Assembly (NCBI GenBank): GCA_032250805.1
Contig: JAVVEM010000006.1
Location: 15,395 to 79,394, forward strand
DNA from: Bacteroidales bacterium
GTDB taxonomy: Bacteria > Bacteroidota > Bacteroidia > Bacteroidales > B18-G4
Direction of reading: 5' to 3'
DNA: 64,000 nt
A program made the position numbers and the translations under genes. This document shows, piece after piece, positions 1 to 9,947 of the stretch. Under the pieces are notes generated by a model. The model was not told the DNA's origin. It saw nothing but the letters and a program-made list of their open reading frames with translations, and made no database searches. Every line of letters starts with the position of its first letter. Within the stretch, counting starts at the first letter, position 1.

Positions 1-59
1 CGTGATTCAAAAACGATTACCACCGGCGTAAAAAGCATCAGCATTGTACTTGAAAAGTC

Positions 60-992
60 TCAGTGAGCCTGCAACAATCCCAGTACTGTTATTTTATCCC
101 TGACCAATTGCTGCTGTAAGGCATCCAGATCCCTGAACTTTACTTCGTCCCTGATCCTGTCGACGAAAAATATTGTTATCGTATCATTGTATATGTCTTC
201 GTCGAAATCAAAAATATGAACTTCAATGGTAAGCTTGCTTCTGTTAATGGTTGGCCGGAAACCAATATTTCCCATTCCCAGGTATTTCTTATCCTTCCAT
301 TGGATGCGGCAGGCATAAACACCATTGGCCGTAATGAGTTTGTATTTGTCGTCGAGTTCGATGTTGGCCGTTGGAAATCCGATCCTGTGACCAATCTTAT
401 TCCCCCCCACAACTTTTCCTGTAATGGAGTACTCGTAACCCAGCAGGGTGTTGGCTGTTTTAATTTCGCCCCTGTTCAGTGCATTTCTGATCTTTGTGGA
501 GCTGATGGCAATATTATCAATATCCTGTACAGGGATCTGTTCTACTTTAAAATCCAGTTCTTTTGCAAGTAATAATAATTCGTTGAACGAACCTTCGCGG
601 TTTCGTCCGAAATGATGATCGTGACCAACCACAAGCTGGCAGATCCCGATCTTGTCGTAAAGGATGTCTTTAATGAATGTGCGGGCATCGTTTGAGGCAA
701 AATCACGTGTAAAAGGAATAATAATTAAATAATCTATTCCGGCATCTTCAATAAGCTGATACTTTCGTTCCTGTGTATTAATGAATTTAAGGTTTTTACT
801 GTCGGGATGAAGTACCAGGCGGGGGTGTGGATGAAATGTTACCACCAGCGTTTCGCCATCGCACTCTTTGGCAATACGTTTCATCCGCTTAAAAATCTGA
901 TGATGTCCGAGGTGAACCCCATCAAAAGTACCCACTGTAACAACGGGGTTCTTAATACTTTTAAATTCCTCCAGTCCGTGATATATCTTCAC
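60..992 (-). CDS. ribF: bifunctional riboflavin kinase / FMN adenylyltransferase
   Basis: 310-aa ORF. N-terminal nucleotidyltransferase signature VGTFDGVHLGHHQI. C-terminal riboflavin-kinase block (GFPTANI, GVYA, GNIGFRPT). Full two-domain architecture. Confidence 0.9.
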   Translation of the reverse strand: MKIYHGLEEFKSIKNPVVTVGTFDGVHLGHHQIFKRMKRIAKECDGETLVVTFHPHPRLVLHPDSKNLKFINTQERKYQLIEDAGIDYLIIIPFTRDFASNDARTFIKDILYDKIGICQLVVGHDHHFGRNREGSFNELLLLAKELDFKVEQIPVQDIDNIAISSTKIRNALNRGEIKTANTLLGYEYSITGKVVGGNKIGHRIGFPTANIELDDKYKLITANGVYACRIQWKDKKYLGMGNIGFRPTINRSKLTIEVHIFDFDEDIYNDTITIFFVDRIRDEVKFRDLDALQQQLVRDKITVLGLLQAH

Positions 993-995
993 TGC

Positions 996-1988
996 TTACA
1001 CCAGTTTATTTTTTAATAAGTATTCGGCAATTTGCACAGCATTGGTTGCCGCCCCTTTTCTGAGGTTATCTGATACGATCCACATATTGAGGGCATTGGG
1101 ACATGATTCATCCCTTCTGATCCTTCCAACAAATACCTCATCGCGGCCCTCTGCAAGCAGTGGCATGGGATATATGTTTGATTTTACATCATCCTGAAGG
1201 GTAATACCTGCAGTGCCGGCCAATAATTCTTTTACCCTTTCAATATCGAATGGATTTGAAAACTCAACATTCACCGCTTCTGAATGTCCGCCGTAAACCG
1301 GCACACGCACCACAGTTGCTGTGATCATTATATCTTCGTCGTTCAGAATTTTTCTTGTTTCATCAACCAGTTTCTGTTCTTCGGTGGTATATCCGTTTTC
1401 AAGAAACGTTCCTCCGTGAGGAAAAAGATTCAGATCGATGGGGTGCGGGAAAACCTGCTTCCCCGCAAGCCCGGCCCTTTCGTTCTCGAGTTGCTGTACT
1501 GCAGCAGCCCCCGAACCAGTAACCGACTGATAGGTGGATACCACCACGCGTTTAATCCGGTATTCGCGATGCAGGGGATAAAGCGCCAGCACCATTTGTA
1601 TGGTTGAGCAATTGGGATTGGAAATAATATGCGTGCTTCTGTCGATAGTTGCTGCATTGATCTCGGGAACAACCAGCGGAATACCTTTTAATTTGCGCCA
1701 GGCCGAAGAATTATCGATCACAAACACGCCATTGTCGACAAAGCGCGGTGCCCAATCAATTGAAACTTCCGTGCCTGCAGAAAAAAGCGCGATGTTCGGA
1801 TTCATGGTATGCGCTTCGGCAATATCAACAACAGGGATTTCCCTGCCCTGAAAAAGTAACTTTTTCCCTGCCGATTTTGCTGATGCGGCAGCAATGACCT
1901 CAATCCCCGGAAAAAACTTACTCTCCTCGAGAACCTTCAGCATCATCCTCCCTACCAGACCTGTAGCACCAATTACCGCTATTTTCAT
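996..1988 (-). CDS. asd: aspartate-semialdehyde dehydrogenase
   Basis: Rossmann N-terminus MKIAVIGATGLVG and catalytic-Cys region SNPNCSTIQ. Length is typical. Start moved from the ORF-track 2042 to the internal ATG at 1988, where homology-like sequence begins. Confidence 0.9.
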   Translation of the reverse strand: MKIAVIGATGLVGRMMLKVLEESKFFPGIEVIAAASAKSAGKKLLFQGREIPVVDIAEAHTMNPNIALFSAGTEVSIDWAPRFVDNGVFVIDNSSAWRKLKGIPLVVPEINAATIDRSTHIISNPNCSTIQMVLALYPLHREYRIKRVVVSTYQSVTGSGAAAVQQLENERAGLAGKQVFPHPIDLNLFPHGGTFLENGYTTEEQKLVDETRKILNDEDIMITATVVRVPVYGGHSEAVNVEFSNPFDIERVKELLAGTAGITLQDDVKSNIYPMPLLAEGRDEVFVGRIRRDESCPNALNMWIVSDNLRKGAATNAVQIAEYLLKNKLV

Positions 1989-2063
1989 TTTAAAATATTT
2001 TGCCGCCGGGGCGGACATTTTCCCAAAAAAGGTATTAATCAATAGAGGGACAAAAATACAAAT

Positions 2064-4667
2064 ATGATGAATACGCCTGTAATATTAAAACGCTGCTTAT
2101 ACCTGATTGTTATAAATCCGCTATTTTGCTGTGCTCAAATCGCAGACGATTTCAGTGATGGCAATTTTTCTTCCGAGCCCGAATGGTCGGGTAATACCTC
2201 TGAATTTAAGGTGAACAGCAATTTTGAGCTTCAGCTGAACGACAATAAGGAAAGCAGCTCCTGCCTGTTTACCGAAGCAGTGATCCATAATGCCATGGAA
2301 TGGAGATGCTGGGTACGACAATCGTTCAGCCCTTCCGGAAATAATCATTCGCGCGTTTATCTTTCAGCAGAAACAGCCTGCGGAGCAGATCCTCCCGACG
2401 GAATTTTTTTACAGTTTGGCGAAAGCGGTTCGCTCGATGCCATAAGGCTGATGGAACAGGAGAATGGCGATACCAATACATTGATCAGGGGAATGCCGGG
2501 AGCCATATCTTCGTCGTTTCGCTGCGCAGTAAAAGTTGTTTTCGAAGATGGGCGGTGGTCGCTCTTTGCCGACCATGAAGGAGGCAGTGATTATTATCCG
2601 GAAGGAACTGCTATGGGGAACCTTCTGGCGGGCGATGCTTTTATAGGTGTTGTATGCAAATACACTGTTAGCAACAGCACAAATTTTTATTTCGATGATT
2701 TCTATGCCGGCCCCATTGTGTACGATACCATTCCACCTTCCGTGATCCATGTTTCAGTAACCGATCCCAATATCATTGAACTTAAGTTCTCAGAAAACCT
2801 CGACTCCCTTTCGGCAAACGATCATCTTAATTATTTTTTAAGTCATGGCCTGGGCAATCCACAACATGCAGAATTTAAGGATGGCGGGCTGAGTACTGTG
2901 AGGCTCGTATATGCCGACAGTCTTTTTTACGGAATACTCATGGAGCTGGACATTATGAATGTTTCCGACCTCTCGGGCAATATCATGCAGGCCGGCAAAT
3001 ATGAACTTGCATGGTATGATCCCAAAAGGTATGATGTGGTGATCAACGAGATCATGGCTGATCCTTCGCCCCCACTTCACCTCCCCGATTATGAATACCT
3101 GGAGTTGCATAATACAAGCGCTCTGCCCCTCGATCTTTCACATTGGACACTGGTAGTTGGCACCGCCGAAAAATCCCTTACAGGGCTTGTAATTGGTCCG
3201 CAGGGCTATGTGATCATTGGAAAGGAAGAAGCAAAAAATGATTTTTTGATCTATGGCCGGTATTATGGCCTGGAAAGTTTTTCGCTGGTAAACAGCGGGC
3301 AGGAAATTATGCTGAACGATCATAATGGAGAAATCATCCATGGGCTTTATTACGATCAAAGCTGGTATCAAAACAGTGAGAAATCAGATGGAGGATGGTC
3401 GCTGGAGCAAATTGATCCGCACAATCCCTGTCTGACAAAAAATAACTGGCAGGCATCAACCAGCATCAATGGCGGAACACCCGGAAGAAAGAACAGTGTT
3501 TTTGACGAAATGTACCTGATCCCGGAGATCATCAAGGCATGCGTAACGGATTCGGTGAGGATCAGGATTATTTTTAACCAGTCGATGGGCCGCGACATTA
3601 CTCTGAAGCCGGAAATTTTTGAGTTTGACCACGGAGCAGGACCGGCAGGGGCAATCCTGCCCGACGATGCTTATTTTACTTCATTTATGATCTATCCCCG
3701 GGAGGCATTGCTGCCCGGAAAAATATATACGCTCACCTGCCACGGTACTGTATCAAACTGTGTTGGGGATTCATTCAGTATTTCAGAAAATATTTTAATT
3801 GGTTTACCACAGGCAGCAGAATACAACGACCTGGTGATTAACGAAATTTTATTCAATCCTTTTCCGGGAGGAACAGATTACGTTGAACTGTACAACCGCT
3901 CTGAAAAGGCTCTGGACCTGACCGGCCTGATCCTGGCCTCGGTAAAAAACAACCCGCCATCGCCCCCGGATACGGGTTTTGTGCCGGTCGATATTTTTTG
4001 CAGTATGCTTATGCCTGATGAATATGTTTTTCTGTGTAATGATTTCGATAAGGTAAATACGTATTATTCATGCCGTGAGCAAAGAAATTTCCTTGAGCTT
4101 GAACGATTTCCCTCATACAGCAACGAAAGCGGAACGGTGGTATTGATGGATGCTGCCAAAAACCTGATCGATGCATTTTCATATCACGAAGATATGCATT
4201 ACCCTTTACTGAATACCCAGGAGGGCGTATCACTGGAGCGTATTCATTATGACCGGCCTGCCACCGACAGGACGAACTGGCACTCCGCTTCGCAATTATC
4301 AGGCTTTGGAACTCCGGGTTATAAAAATTCACAATTTTCCAATGTTCTTACCGATAAAGGAAAAATCAGTATTCAACCAAAGGTGTTTATTCCGGGAAAT
4401 AACGGACAGGCAAATTATACCAATATTTTCTATGCATTTGAAAGGCCCGGGTATCTGGCCACCATTATGATTTTCGATGCCAATGGCCATCTTTGCCGGC
4501 ATCTGGTAAATAACGAGCTTCTGGGTACCTCGGGAAGCTATTCGTGGGATGGAATAAACGAGGACAGGCAAAAAGCCAGCGCGGGCATATATATTGTTCT
4601 TGCCGAACTGATACATCCCGATGGAAATATTTTGCGCTTTAAAGAAACTGTAGTCGTTGCCCTGTGA
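2064..4667 (+). CDS. secreted lamin-tail-domain (LTD) repeat protein with C-terminal Ig-like/sorting-type beta-sandwich
   Basis: 867-aa ORF with a hydrophobic N-terminal signal. Two LTD hallmarks: VINEIMADPSP...YEYLELHN and VINEILFNPFPGGTDYVELYN. The C-terminal ~100 aa (IFDANGHL...SYSWDG...AGIYIV) resembles FlgD-Ig / T9SS type-B-like domains. Confidence 0.65.
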   Translation: MMNTPVILKRCLYLIVINPLFCCAQIADDFSDGNFSSEPEWSGNTSEFKVNSNFELQLNDNKESSSCLFTEAVIHNAMEWRCWVRQSFSPSGNNHSRVYLSAETACGADPPDGIFLQFGESGSLDAIRLMEQENGDTNTLIRGMPGAISSSFRCAVKVVFEDGRWSLFADHEGGSDYYPEGTAMGNLLAGDAFIGVVCKYTVSNSTNFYFDDFYAGPIVYDTIPPSVIHVSVTDPNIIELKFSENLDSLSANDHLNYFLSHGLGNPQHAEFKDGGLSTVRLVYADSLFYGILMELDIMNVSDLSGNIMQAGKYELAWYDPKRYDVVINEIMADPSPPLHLPDYEYLELHNTSALPLDLSHWTLVVGTAEKSLTGLVIGPQGYVIIGKEEAKNDFLIYGRYYGLESFSLVNSGQEIMLNDHNGEIIHGLYYDQSWYQNSEKSDGGWSLEQIDPHNPCLTKNNWQASTSINGGTPGRKNSVFDEMYLIPEIIKACVTDSVRIRIIFNQSMGRDITLKPEIFEFDHGAGPAGAILPDDAYFTSFMIYPREALLPGKIYTLTCHGTVSNCVGDSFSISENILIGLPQAAEYNDLVINEILFNPFPGGTDYVELYNRSEKALDLTGLILASVKNNPPSPPDTGFVPVDIFCSMLMPDEYVFLCNDFDKVNTYYSCREQRNFLELERFPSYSNESGTVVLMDAAKNLIDAFSYHEDMHYPLLNTQEGVSLERIHYDRPATDRTNWHSASQLSGFGTPGYKNSQFSNVLTDKGKISIQPKVFIPGNNGQANYTNIFYAFERPGYLATIMIFDANGHLCRHLVNNELLGTSGSYSWDGINEDRQKASAGIYIVLAELIHPDGNILRFKETVVVAL

Positions 4668-4714
4668 GGATCACAGGCAACAATCCGGCATTATTTCATT
4701 GCTCAAATCCCTGA

Positions 4715-5446
4715 TTAATTATTTTTCAGAAGGCTGAATTGCACAAATGCCTGCAGGTAGATATTTCTTACCACACCGTCAATATATTTATAATTTTTCT
4801 CATATATCGTCCGCAGGCCTGTGGTCATGCTGGCGCCAAAATTAATGCGCCGGTCGGTAAGATAGGTGGCCCCCAGCAAGATGCCGTAATCCCACTGATG
4901 CAGTTCACTGCTTTGATCGAATGGTTCATCCTGTACTGACGTAAAAGGTGATAGGGGATCGCCCACTTCTATATCGGCCGTACCCGAATTGTGCCCTGAA
5001 AGCAAATATGAAAAATACCCGCCAAAGTTAAGTTGAAAACGCCTGCTGAATTTGTATGATGCATAAAGAGGAATATCAATATAGCGGTTATCAAATTTAC
5101 CATCAACCCACCCCCGGTAAATTGTATGCACTTCGGAAGGGATCGTATCTGTGGGAGTGATTGTATTATAGCGATAAATGGTATCGCCCGAAACAGGTGT
5201 ATTAAATTTTGCCCCTTTGATGGAATAAAGGAATTCACCATTTAATGTCCACCGGTTACCCATATCATAGGCAAAATACATCCCGATAAGCGGAGCAACG
5301 CCAGGGCTGCCTGTAGCTCCTTTTTCGGCAACGCCATATGGGGTACCAATATTGAGTCCGCCTTTAAGGCCAAACTCCATTTCCTGGGCCTGTACTGTGC
5401 CCAGACATAGCCATAACAGCATAGATAATCGTAGTGCCGCTTTCAT
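4715..5446 (-). CDS. outer-membrane beta-barrel protein (OMP_b-brl_2/porin-like)
   Basis: 243 aa. Signal peptide ending VQAQ. Alternating hydrophobic beta-strand pattern with Gly/Tyr-rich strands. Confidence 0.6.
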   Translation of the reverse strand: MKAALRLSMLLWLCLGTVQAQEMEFGLKGGLNIGTPYGVAEKGATGSPGVAPLIGMYFAYDMGNRWTLNGEFLYSIKGAKFNTPVSGDTIYRYNTITPTDTIPSEVHTIYRGWVDGKFDNRYIDIPLYASYKFSRRFQLNFGGYFSYLLSGHNSGTADIEVGDPLSPFTSVQDEPFDQSSELHQWDYGILLGATYLTDRRINFGASMTTGLRTIYEKNYKYIDGVVRNIYLQAFVQFSLLKNN

Positions 5447-5481
5447 AAGTTGTTCGCCGACAAATATATGTTTTTTTTTAA

Positions 5482-6468
5482 TCAGTCAAAAAGAAGGTTA
5501 AAATCATCAATATATAAGGTGCTCCCAATCCCCCCGATAAAATATTCACCACCTGCACTGGCTGCAAATACCACATCGATGGTGTCGGGGTTTTCATCCC
5601 TGAAATAAATTATTTCCAGATCAAAAAAGGTATACTCATCTATGGTATCGGTAGAACGCATTATTGCTTCGCCAACCTTATCCCGCTTGTGTAATGCCGT
5701 ATTCCACCGCGAAAGTGTTGTCCTGATCTCGCACGAATCCCCATCAACGGGCATGTATATGTAATATCCCTGGAATTTTGTTGGCCTTGACTTATAGGGA
5801 ACCCCGCTGATCATGCTTTCCAGCGGATTATTCAGATCGACCGTAAAAATTCCTGTTGAAAGACTTCCGGTGATCAGAGGCATTCCAACCAGTGAATCGG
5901 TAATCATTTTAGCGGCATAATTCCCCGAATGGCTTTGGTCGGTTTTAAACAATACGGCATGATAGAGGTCGGGGTTGAGGTCGGCCACCTTGTTTGCCGA
6001 TGTCCATACGCCCATCGGATAGGGACTTTCGTAATTGGGATAACTCAGCCATTCTTCCATATCCATATTGGGCAGAACATTGGCCGCGCGGGTTTTAAAT
6101 TCTTTAAATGATGAATTCCCGCCATTGCCATTGGCATTGCCGGCCCGCATCCGAACAAAATAAGAGGTGCCCGGATTTACATTTTCAACGATGAACATTC
6201 CGTTGATCTGAACCATGATGTTATTATAATCAGGCAGAATGTTCGTAAAATTCTGATCGGTAGCCACATCGGCATAATAAGCCGTAGCCCCTACAACACC
6301 GGTCCAATTCACGTAAAAATGATCGCCATAAACATGCAGGGGAATACTTACAGTTGGCACCCCCGGAGGAGAGCCCTGATCGTCATCATCGTCTTTATTA
6401 CATGATGTAAAAAGGAATGATACAAAAAGTGCCGAAATCAGGAGGAGTGTAAAATTTTTATGTTTCAT
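5482..6468 (-). CDS. lipoprotein with Fn3-like N-domain and PCMD-like C-domain
   Basis: 328 aa. Lipobox LFTSC followed by an Asp-rich linker. The Fn3-like stretch includes ATAYYADVATDQNF. The C-terminal half (GIFTVDLNNP...SRPTKFQGYY) resembles the putative carbohydrate metabolism domain family. Confidence 0.5.
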   Translation of the reverse strand: MKHKNFTLLLISALFVSFLFTSCNKDDDDDQGSPPGVPTVSIPLHVYGDHFYVNWTGVVGATAYYADVATDQNFTNILPDYNNIMVQINGMFIVENVNPGTSYFVRMRAGNANGNGGNSSFKEFKTRAANVLPNMDMEEWLSYPNYESPYPMGVWTSANKVADLNPDLYHAVLFKTDQSHSGNYAAKMITDSLVGMPLITGSLSTGIFTVDLNNPLESMISGVPYKSRPTKFQGYYIYMPVDGDSCEIRTTLSRWNTALHKRDKVGEAIMRSTDTIDEYTFFDLEIIYFRDENPDTIDVVFAASAGGEYFIGGIGSTLYIDDFNLLFD

Positions 6469-6743
6469 CAGCCAGTATTTTGATTATACATTCGTTATAC
6501 GATTTATTCGGTGTGTTTGCCTTTTATTTGAGGGCTAAGGTAAAAAATTATTTCTGCCAAAATCAATCATTTTTTTTAATTTGCTCATTATCATTTCTTT
6601 ATAAAAGATATTCCGGTTTTCAAAAACATAAACCCGGCCAGTGGGTTCAGTCATTAACAAATCTTAACTTTCATTAAGTAAATTTATATCTTCAATCGGC
6701 ACTTAAAGTTTAACATTGACCCGGGTAAAAGATCAAATGTAAG

Positions 6744-7367
6744 TTGAAAATCCTTGTTTTGTCATATCTTCTTCTCATCTCTGCAACATGTCTTTGGTCG
6801 CAGGAATATGATGCAGACAGTCTCTTTCGTTTAAAGGGCCTTACCGTTTTTTCGGAAGACAGTATGGGTATACGCGATGTTCATGTGCTCAATCTTAACA
6901 GGGGAACAGGTACTGTTTCGTCATACGACGGCAGTTTTTCAATTCATGCAAGGCATCATGACACCATTAAATTTTCCTGCATAGGATATCATGATTATTT
7001 TCTCAGATTTAACCAAACACTGATGCGAAGAGAATTAATGATATTCCTAAAAACCGACACTGTTCTGATGGATGAAGTACTGATCTCGCCCCTTGGTCCC
7101 AGGAGGTTTTTTAAGCTTCGCTTTATGGAAACAAGGATCCCCGAAGAGAAACAACTGACTTTTGATCTCAATATTCCTGAGCTAAAAAATGATCCGGCCT
7201 ATGTTCCTGAAACCGGAATACGTTTTACCGGGCCGGTTCAGGCATTATACAATGTCTTCAACAAATCGGCCAGACTAAGCAGAAAACTGAAAAGCAACCG
7301 CGAAAAATATTCAAAATATCTCGTCCCGGAAGTTGAAGACAGTCTGATATATCCTGAAAAAAACTAG
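6744..7367 (+). CDS. carboxypeptidase-regulatory-like domain protein
   Basis: 207 aa with a TTG start in the ORF track and a signal peptide. The pattern GLTVFSEDS..GIRDVHVLN...GTVSSYDGSFSI...DTIKFSCIGYHD is typical of CarboxypepD_reg-like domains. Confidence 0.5.
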   Translation: MKILVLSYLLLISATCLWSQEYDADSLFRLKGLTVFSEDSMGIRDVHVLNLNRGTGTVSSYDGSFSIHARHHDTIKFSCIGYHDYFLRFNQTLMRRELMIFLKTDTVLMDEVLISPLGPRRFFKLRFMETRIPEEKQLTFDLNIPELKNDPAYVPETGIRFTGPVQALYNVFNKSARLSRKLKSNREKYSKYLVPEVEDSLIYPEKN

Positions 7368-7420
7368 TCATGCTGACCCTGTACTTGCAAAGTGAATTTT
7401 TAACGATTGGTCCCAAATTT

Positions 7421-8116
7421 TCAGCCCCTTGTATATCCCACGGCCGCAACGCTTATCTTTATTCCTTCCAACCCGAAAAGTGCTTGTGCACAAGCCTCAA
7501 TGGTTGCCCCGGTAGTAATTACATCATCAACCAGAAGAATATGTTTTCCTTCGATCCCGCTTCCGTTTTCGACCGAAAATATGTTTTCAACATTTTGCCA
7601 TCTTTCGTACTTCGATTTTCTTGTTTGTGTGGAAGAAAATGACTGCCGTTTTAAAATTGAGATATTCACGTCGGCAGGTATTTTTTCTGCAATGCCCCTG
7701 GCGATGATCTCGCTTTGGTTAAAGCCCCGTTTTTTTTGTTTTTTTGGGTGAAGGGGTACCGGCAATATGAATTCGAGGTCGCTGAGCTGCGGAATTGAAT
7801 TTATTTCATTTCCCAGTTCCCCGCCCAGAAAACTGCCGATATTTTTTAAACCGCGGTATTTAAAGGCATGTATCAACTGCTGTAGGGCATTTCCTTTATT
7901 ATAAAGAAAGCCGGTAAAAACAAAGCTAAGCGGAACCCTTCCCCAGAAAACGCGGGCAGCCGGATTTTCTTTATCGTCAGAAAAACGCGAACGCGGCAAA
8001 TGGCTGTAGCATCGCATGCAAATAGTGTTTTCGCCTTTAAACAGGCTTTTGCCGCATATGGGGCATATTTCAGGATAAATCAACGATAAAAAGTCTTTTA
8101 GGTATGTCATAAACAA
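7421..8116 (-). CDS. comF: ComF family protein (phosphoribosyltransferase domain)
   Basis: N-terminal zinc-finger-like CPICG...CMRC. C-terminal PRTase PRPP loop ILLVDDVITTGAT. Confidence 0.8.
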   Translation of the reverse strand: MFMTYLKDFLSLIYPEICPICGKSLFKGENTICMRCYSHLPRSRFSDDKENPAARVFWGRVPLSFVFTGFLYNKGNALQQLIHAFKYRGLKNIGSFLGGELGNEINSIPQLSDLEFILPVPLHPKKQKKRGFNQSEIIARGIAEKIPADVNISILKRQSFSSTQTRKSKYERWQNVENIFSVENGSGIEGKHILLVDDVITTGATIEACAQALFGLEGIKISVAAVGYTRG

Positions 8117-8169
8117 TGTGCTCTTTATAACTTAGTACCTCTTTTCATGATTTGTTCCCCTTAAAAAGC

Positions 8170-8177
8170 TAATTTTG
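8170..8177 (+). promoter_or_regulatory. candidate Bacteroidota -7 promoter box (TAATTTTG)
   Basis: Exact match to the TAnnTTTG consensus, 18 nt upstream of the ATG at 8196. Confidence 0.35.
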
Positions 8178-8195
8178 ATTAACAATTTGCAAATT

Positions 8196-9947
8196 ATGCC
8201 TGCCAATCCCCTTATCAGCATTCAAAATCTTTCTGTTGAATTTACAACAGAATCGGGTTTTATCACTGCTGTGAACGACATTGCTTTTTGGTCGGAAAAG
8301 GGTGTTACCACAGGAATTGTAGGCGAATCGGGCTCGGGCAAGTCTGTTACGGCATTGTCTGTTATGGGCCTGCTGCCATCGCCCCCCGGAAAAATAACAG
8401 GAGGAAAGATTTTTTTTAACGACGGCAACCATTCCGAAAACCTTTTGGGCCTTAACGAACATATGATGCGCAGGATCAGGGGAAATAAGATCGGTATGAT
8501 TTTCCAGGAACCCATGACTTCGCTAAACCCTGTTTTTAGCTGCGGCAATCAAATTACCGAAGTGATCAGGCAACATAAAAATGTAACACGAAAACAAGCA
8601 AAAGAGCTTTGTATCAGGTTGTTTGAAGAGGTTGAGCTGCCCCGGCCAAAAGATGTTTACAGTGCTTATCCGCACGAGCTTTCGGGTGGGCAAAAACAGC
8701 GTGTAATGATTGCTATGGCCATTTCGTGCGAACCCTCTCTGCTGATTGCTGATGAGCCCACCACAGCTCTTGATGTAAGTGTGCAAAAAAATATTTTGAA
8801 ACTGCTAAAGGATCTGCAGCACAAGCACGGTATGGGCATACTTTTCATCACACACGACCTGGGTGTGATTGCAGATATTGCCGAAAACGTGATCGTAATG
8901 TATCAGGGCAGGATCGTTGAACAGGGATCGGTGAAACAGATCTTTAATCATCCGGCACATCCTTATACCAAGGGATTGATAGCCTGCCGGCCACCCCTCA
9001 ACAGCAGACCCGAAAAATTACTCACTGTAAAGGATTTCATGGCATCCGAAAAGAAGGCCCGGGAAATGCTTTCCGACATCAACCTTAAAAAGACTGAACA
9101 CAAAAGAAAAATATTACACAAACAAATTTACGCAACCGACCCCCTGCTCAGGACAGAAAACCTTTGCACTTATTTTCCTCTGAAAAAAAGTTTCATGCAT
9201 AAAAACAGGGAGTATGTCAGGGCTGTGGATAATATAACTATTGAAGTTTATCCAGGCGAAACCCTGGGATTGGTTGGAGAATCGGGTTGTGGCAAAACAA
9301 CCCTTGGACGAACAATGCTTAAGCTGATCAGCCCCACTTCGGGCAACATCATTTTTAAAGGAAAAGACATTACCCGGATCAACGGGTCGGACCTGCGCCG
9401 GCTGCGCAAACAATTTCAGATCATTTTCCAGGACCCCTATTCATCATTAAACCCGCGTATTACTGTGGGCAATGCTATTACCGAACCCCTTGAGGTGCAC
9501 GGGATCAACGGCGGAAATAAAAAAAATAAATACCGGGTGGCTGAATTGCTTGAACAGGTTGGTCTTTCTGCTGAATATTCAGGACGTTATCCCCATGAAC
9601 TTTCAGGAGGTCAGCGACAACGTGTTTGTATCGCCAGGGCGCTCGCAGTAAACCCCGAATTTATTGTTTGCGACGAATCGGTGTCGGCCCTGGATGTTTC
9701 GATACAGGCACAGGTGTTAAACCTTTTAAATGATCTGAAGAAAGACCTGGGATTAACCTATGTTTTCATTTCGCACGACCTTTCAGTGGTAAAATATATG
9801 TCGGACAGGATGGCCGTTATGCAAAACGGAAAAATCATTGAAGCCGGCGACCCCGACGATATTTACCGCAATCCCGAAAAAAATTATACAAAAAATCTGA
9901 TCCGGGCGATCCCCGGATCGGCTAAAAACCTATATACCAATGGCTAA
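8196..9947 (+). CDS. ABC transporter ATP-binding protein, duplicated ATPase (Dpp/Opp-type fused)
   Basis: Two full ABC cassettes: Walker A GESGSGKS and GESGCGKT, signatures LSGGQKQR and LSGGQRQR, Walker B LLIADEPT and IVCDESV. Start set to the ATG at 8196 (MPANPL...) rather than the TTG at 8175. Confidence 0.85.
   Translation: MPANPLISIQNLSVEFTTESGFITAVNDIAFWSEKGVTTGIVGESGSGKSVTALSVMGLLPSPPGKITGGKIFFNDGNHSENLLGLNEHMMRRIRGNKIGMIFQEPMTSLNPVFSCGNQITEVIRQHKNVTRKQAKELCIRLFEEVELPRPKDVYSAYPHELSGGQKQRVMIAMAISCEPSLLIADEPTTALDVSVQKNILKLLKDLQHKHGMGILFITHDLGVIADIAENVIVMYQGRIVEQGSVKQIFNHPAHPYTKGLIACRPPLNSRPEKLLTVKDFMASEKKAREMLSDINLKKTEHKRKILHKQIYATDPLLRTENLCTYFPLKKSFMHKNREYVRAVDNITIEVYPGETLGLVGESGCGKTTLGRTMLKLISPTSGNIIFKGKDITRINGSDLRRLRKQFQIIFQDPYSSLNPRITVGNAITEPLEVHGINGGNKKNKYRVAELLEQVGLSAEYSGRYPHELSGGQRQRVCIARALAVNPEFIVCDESVSALDVSIQAQVLNLLNDLKKDLGLTYVFISHDLSVVKYMSDRMAVMQNGKIIEAGDPDDIYRNPEKNYTKNLIRAIPGSAKNLYTNG

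Noticed and set aside
996-2042. N-terminal extensions in the ORF track: asd to 2042, TlpA-like to 19968, PpiD to 27476, hemW from 57997, ABC permease from 23950, ABC ATPase from 8175, BNR protein from 44540.
   Set aside because: In each case an internal ATG coincides with the start of the conserved domain or signal peptide. The extension is non-homologous or begins with TTG inside promoter-like DNA.
6480-6677. 65-aa ORF in the 275-nt intergenic region upstream of the CarboxypepD_reg-like gene.
   Set aside because: It has AT-rich, low-complexity composition and no signal or motif. It is most likely non-coding promoter DNA.
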